From Acidimicrobiia bacterium (GTDB lineage: Bacteria; Actinomycetota; Acidimicrobiia; Spongiisociales; ZC4RG35), in assembly GCA_965215185.1 (NCBI GenBank), contig OZ244034.1:2944001-3008000 (forward strand): DNA of 64,000 nucleotides, given 5' to 3'. This document shows, piece by piece, positions 58,801-64,000 of the stretch. The notes beneath the pieces were generated by a model. It saw only the letters and a list, made by a program, of their open reading frames with translations, had not been told where the DNA came from and made no database searches. Made by a program: the position numbers and the translations under genes. Each line of letters begins with the position of its first letter. Within the stretch, counting starts at the first letter, position 1.

Positions 58801-61800
58801 TGGGGGGTGACTTCACCTTGTTCGTGTCGCGCCAGAGGCCGCAGAACTCTGTGTCGGAACCCACCGGCGGCGATCTGGCGTCCCATGCCGGCACGACCGG
58901 TCACGTATTGGTCGCCGGACAGTCCACCGGCGGGTTCTCCGACGAATCCGACCGCGACATGTTCGGGGTGTGGCTGGAGGCGGGGCGGGTGTATCGGATC
59001 GGGGCGAGTGGTGCGTGCAGCGACGACGCGGCACTTGTGGGCGGTACCTCCACAGGCCTGGGGATCTCGTTGGTGGATCATCAGCTGGATGCGTCCCACG
59101 GCTCAGCAGCGGTCCATCTCGGCGCCAGCGTCGGCGCGGAGTTCATCGCGTCTGCGTCGGGTGCGTGCCCGCGCTCGGCCATGGACGTTCAGGTGCTCGA
59201 ATCGCTGTTCGCTTATGTGCTGGCAGCCGATGACGGCGTGGCGGGGGCCGGGACCTACACGGTGTCGGTGTCTGATGTGTCAGCGGAGGTGACGGTGCCC
59301 GACACGGCGGGTCGCGATGCTGCTGGGTCCACGTCGACGTCGGGCCGGGCCAGGGTGGGCGTCGCGGTCACCGGAGTGATCGATCCCAGCGGCGACGTGG
59401 ACTGGTTCGCGATCGAGTTCGAGGCGGGCACCGCGTACCGCATCGATGTGCGCGGCGACAGCGTCACCGACAGCGGCGGCACGCTGGGGGACCCGTACGT
59501 GAGCCTGCTCGACAGCGCCGGCGATCCGCTGTCGCCTGCGGTGTTTGACAACGACTCCGGCGCCGACAACAACGCCCGCATCCTGTCGTACACGCCCACG
59601 GCGCCGGGCACGTTCTACATCGAGGTGAAAGACAACGCCGACGGCACCGGCACCTACACGGTGGCGGTTGGCGCGGGCGACGCCTGCGCGGCGTCGGTGT
59701 CCACCGCCTGCACGGTGGAGGCGGACAGCGCGGCCGAGGGCACGATCGGCGAGGCCAGCGATGTGGACTGGTTCAAGGCGACCGCCCTGGCAGCCGATGT
59801 GCCCTACACGCTGTATGTGGCGCCTCGGGGCGCCGCAGTCGACGATCTGGAGGACCCGAAGCTCGAGGGTGTCTACGACTCGACCGGGGTGCGGATCGCG
59901 GGTACCACCGATTCCGACTCCGGCGCCGGGCAGGACAGCTATGTGGTGTTCACACCCGACGCCGCCGCGGACACGTTCTATGTGGCGGTGGGCCGCGACA
60001 GCGGAGTTCCGGGCGGTTTCAGCGTGTTCGTAGCCCGCCGCGAGCCCGCCGCGACAGTCTCTGAGGACCATGGCAGCGACGTGCACGGCGGCGCGGGCAC
60101 ATGGGCGCACCTGCTCGTCGGCGACACAGCCGTCGGCGACCTCTCCCATGTCGGCGACGCGGACGCTGTGGGGGTGCGGCTGGCGGCCGGGCGGGTGTAC
60201 CGCCTCGAAGCGAGGGGCGCATGCCCGCAGGAACCCAACCTCAGCGGCGGCACCCTGGCGAACCCGAGCCTGACCCTCAACGATGCCGCGGGCAGCACCG
60301 ACCACAGCCAACTTGCCGCAGTCGACCCAGCCCAAGGGTTCTCCGGTGAGGGCTCCGCGGAGACGTGTGCCCCCGCAAGCGTCGACGTGCAGGCACTGGA
60401 CACAGTGCTGGTATACGCCCAGATCACCACTGCTGATGCTGTCGCCCCGACAGGGACCTGGACGCTGTCAATGACCGACATCTCCGCGCACGTCACCATC
60501 GCTGAGCCCTCCGACGGCGACGCCACCGCCGACACCGACACCGCGGGCCGGGTGGCGGTGGGCGCATCGGTCACCGGCACGATCGATCCCGACGGCGACG
60601 AGGACTGGTACGCGGTGGAACTCGAGGCAGGCGCCGCGTACCGCATCGACGTGCGCGGCGACAGCGCCACCAACAACGGCGGCACGCTGGCGGACCCGCA
60701 CGTGAGCCTGCTCGACAGCGGCGGGGCTGACCTGTCACCCGCGGTGAGCGACGACAACTCCGGAGTCAACAACAACGCTCGCATAGGGTCATTCACGCCG
60801 ACTGTCACGGGCACGTTCTACATCGTGGTGTCCGATCCCGACGGAACCGGCACCGGCACCTACACGCTGTCGGTAACCCCCGGCGCCGATTGCCCCACCG
60901 ACATCGCGACGACCTGCGAAGCCGCCATCGACGGGGCCGTGGACGGCGTCATCCACGCCAACGACGACCAGGACTGGTTCAAAGCGACGCTGGCACAAGA
61001 CACCGCCTACACGTTGTATGTGACGCCACGCGGTTCGAGTGCCGCAGACCTCGAGGACCCCGAGCTGGTCGGGGTGTATGACTCCTCCGGCGACCTGATC
61101 GCCGACACCACCGACGTCGACTCTGGTCTCGGCGCCCACAGCTACACCGTGTTCACCCCCGACGCGGCCGGTGTGTACTACGCGGCGGTGGGCCGCGACA
61201 CCGGAGGGGTGGGCGGCTTCACCCTGTGGATGGCGCGCCAGCGGCCCGGCGCCACCGTGGCAGAGCCCACCGGCGGCGACCTAGCGCCCCACGCGGGCAC
61301 CATCGGCCATCTGTTGGCCGCAGGCCAGGCGACCGGCACGATCGCCGACGATCGCGACGAAGACCTCTACGGGATGTGGCTCGAAGCCGGCCGCGCCTAC
61401 CGGATAGCGGCCCGGGGCGCGTGCATCACAGACGGCCCGCTCCACGGCGGCACCCTCACCGGCTACGGGCTGTCGCTCGAGAACGCCGCCGGCGCCACGA
61501 CCCACATCGGCACCGCCCAACGGATCCTCGTCTCCTCGACCGGCGCCGGCACCACCGAACTCTTGGGCGTCTCCCCCTCCGGCGTCGCGTTCACCGCCTC
61601 AGTCTCCCACGAGTGCGAGACCGCCAGCCTCGACGTGGAGATGCAGCAGTCAGCACCGCTTTATCTGCGGGTTGCCCCGCTCCCAGGCGAGTCAGGCACC
61701 TACACCGTGTCGCTGGAGGACATCACCGCGCAGCTGACGGTCTCTGAGCCTGTCGGGCAGGACTTTCCCGCCGAGACCACGACCGCGGGCCGAGCCGGCA

Positions 61801-64000
61801 TCGGCGGCTCCGCAACCGGAACGATCAGTTCCGCCGGTGACACGGACTGGTTCGTGGTCCACCTCGAAGCAGGCGGCCAGTATCAGATCGATGTGCTCGG
61901 TGACGTCGACCGGGCCTACGGCGGCACCCTCGCAGACCCCGAAGTCACACTGCTCGACATCGACGGCAACCCGCTGTCACCCGAGGTCAGCAACGACAAC
62001 TCCGGCTACGACAACAACGCCCGCATCCGTTCCTACACCGCCGCCGCGTCGGGCACCCACTACATCGTGATCGAGTCCGCCGACGGCACCGGCACCGGCA
62101 CCTACACCGTGCAAGTGCACAACCCCCCGCCCATGCGACCATCTGTACCCACCACCGTCACGGTGCAAAAGTCCGACTTCAGGAACCTGGTCGTCTCCTG
62201 GGAGCCTCCCGACGACACCGGCGGCGCCGAGGTCGTCTCCTACCAAGTGGTCTGGGAGTCCACCGTCGATGGCTATGACGACTTCGAAGACCTGCTCAGG
62301 CGAGGCAAGGTGGTCGCCGGCCGCACTTCGACGACCATTTCGGGCCTGCTCGACCGGCTGCCTGCATCAGGCACGGCGCCCGAATACCAAGTGAGGGTCC
62401 GTGCGCTCAATGCCGCCGGCCACAGCCGCTGGACAGAGCCCGAGACCGAAACGCCCGTGGTGGCCCCCACCGAAGTGAAGAACCTCAACCTCGAAGTGAT
62501 GAGCGCCAGCAGCATCAACGTCACCTGGGATCCCCCAGACGACAACGGCGGACTGGCCATCACGAGCTATCTGGTCGAATACAAGCCATTCTTCTACGCC
62601 TGGTCGCAGGCCAACACAGCAACCATCACCGACACGTCCTATCTCATCTCGAACCAAACCAGCGGCCGGATCTACGACATCAGCGTCACGGCGCTAAACG
62701 CCGCCGCCGGGACTGAGGGGGTCATAAAAGAGACGTTCCTGCCGTCGCTGCCCTACACGCCCACCGGCCTCACCCTGTACAGCAACCATCAAGGTTTCAC
62801 CGTCTCCTGGCAGCTAGCCCCCACCGATAGCAGACCGATCTCCAACAGCGTGCTGCGATGGAGGCGCCTCCCGTCCAACATCTGGAGAACAAAGACTGTC
62901 GACTCCGATTCGCGCCGGGCATACGACCTCAGCGGCTTTGGCAATGGCGCCGACTTCGAATTCCAGGTTGCTGCCGAGAACGACGCCGGCCGGGGCTCCT
63001 GGACCAGCTCTGTTATCGCGGCACCGGTTCACCAGCCGCAGGCACCCCAAAACCTCAGCATCGACGCTAACCACAAACAGAGTGGCACATCACGCGAATT
63101 GCGTGTCACCTGGAGTCATGACCAATCCGATACCGGCTTCACGGTCCGGTGGCGGCTCAGCACTTCGAGCGACTTCGACGCCGACGACACAAAGAGCCTC
63201 GATGGGTCCGCCAGATCAACCACAATAAACGTCAACAACGGCAAGCATTACATCGTGCAAGTAACCCGGGGCAGTCAATTCAATAACAACCTCAAGACCG
63301 CCACCGTCTCCGGTACCAACTATCAGGTCCGAGATTGGCTCAAGGACGAGTTCTTACCCAACTATACGGACGACTACCCCTGGCTCTCCGAGATCTTTGA
63401 GAGACTACCGACATTACCTATCAATGTAGTCTCGGGAAATACGAGCTATGTAAACACGGCTACAACAGACATCGATGGCTGGTCCTTAGCTGGTACTCAG
63501 AAGGTGTACCTAACCGAAGATGTGTTTAGCCAGCTCCCAGACAACGCTTACCGGAACCGAGTAGCGATCCACGAATTGGCCCACGTCTACACATTGAATT
63601 GGCGGTTCATCAACGAACCGATGGCTGTCCTGAACTTACAGCAACGTCTTGAATTCGGTACGGCATGCGACCTAACGATCGAGTATCTTGCTGAGACCGT
63701 GACATATGCAACAACCGGAAACCTGACAGACAGCTATTACCATAACTGCAGCGGGAAGTGGAACAAGTTCAGAAGCAGCACCCTAGCAACCAGCGCGGAG
63801 AGCGCACTTGCGGGCGAAACACCAGCATGGTTCGCACAAACATACGAGAATTCGTCGGGAAACATGGACATGGAGCAGATCTGGGACGATCTGACCAACA
63901 AAGAACTAGATCCGCAGGAGACTGGAAGGGATAGAGATATTCGTATCTGGGGCTTCCGCAACATGTTCGGTGGCTTCTGCTCGCATTGGGAAGCGCGCAC
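55860..64000 (+). CDS. Giant surface protein, segment 3 (>2700 aa, open to window end): cadherin-like, FN3 and PPC-like repeats, C-terminal HExxH zincin-like domain
   Basis: My translation in the frame with codons starting at positions divisible by 3 shows no stop to 64000 (unlisted in the ORF track because unterminated); repeated GDxDW[FY]...GTGxYT, LDHE/VDFE cadherin, FN3 W..P...GG..I..Y, AIHELAHVY at 63570. Confidence 0.88.
58477..62120 (+). repeat. 3 x ~1.2-kb higher-order repeat, each with three different PPC-like domains
   Basis: Units begin DDTCGASTATAC (58477), GDACAASVSTAC (~59676), ADCPTDIATTC (~60885); each ends D.SG..NNARI...GTGTYT. Confidence 0.8.

Overview
High-GC bacterial chromosome segment, most consistent with Actinomycetota (Acidimicrobiia-like). 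This is inferred from F420/FO synthesis genes, the frr-cdsA-rseP-ispG and tig-clpPX-valS-folC-ndk-mreBCD-mrdA-rodA-rne-rplU-rpmA-obgE-proB...nadD-rsfS-tRNA-Ala synteny, and SLH/RCC1/FN3/cadherin surface proteins of the kind reported in sponge-associated Acidimicrobiia. Bases 1-49154 are mostly core genes plus 7 tRNAs. From tRNA-Ala(GGC) at 49154 onward is an accessory island. It holds nested remnants of a P4-type integrase, IS256 and IS110, an RCC1-repeat/SLH protein, a decayed Xer-like recombinase, and a giant (>3200 aa when its frames are joined, running off the window) secreted PPC/cadherin/FN3 repeat protein ending in a HExxH zincin-like domain. Most notable observations: (1) a GAPDH paralog lacking the catalytic Cys, translationally coupled to an intact GAPDH; (2) a CofH whose N-terminal ~250 aa look like a vestigial, cluster-less CofG domain beside an intact cofG; (3) an E2-aceB-maeB operon that could run cyclic glyoxylate oxidation; (4) the giant repeat protein with a compositionally distinct protease-like tip; (5) mirror-image G+T versus C+A strand skews at several scales. 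All calls are by motif recognition only; no database searches were run and composition statements are by eye.
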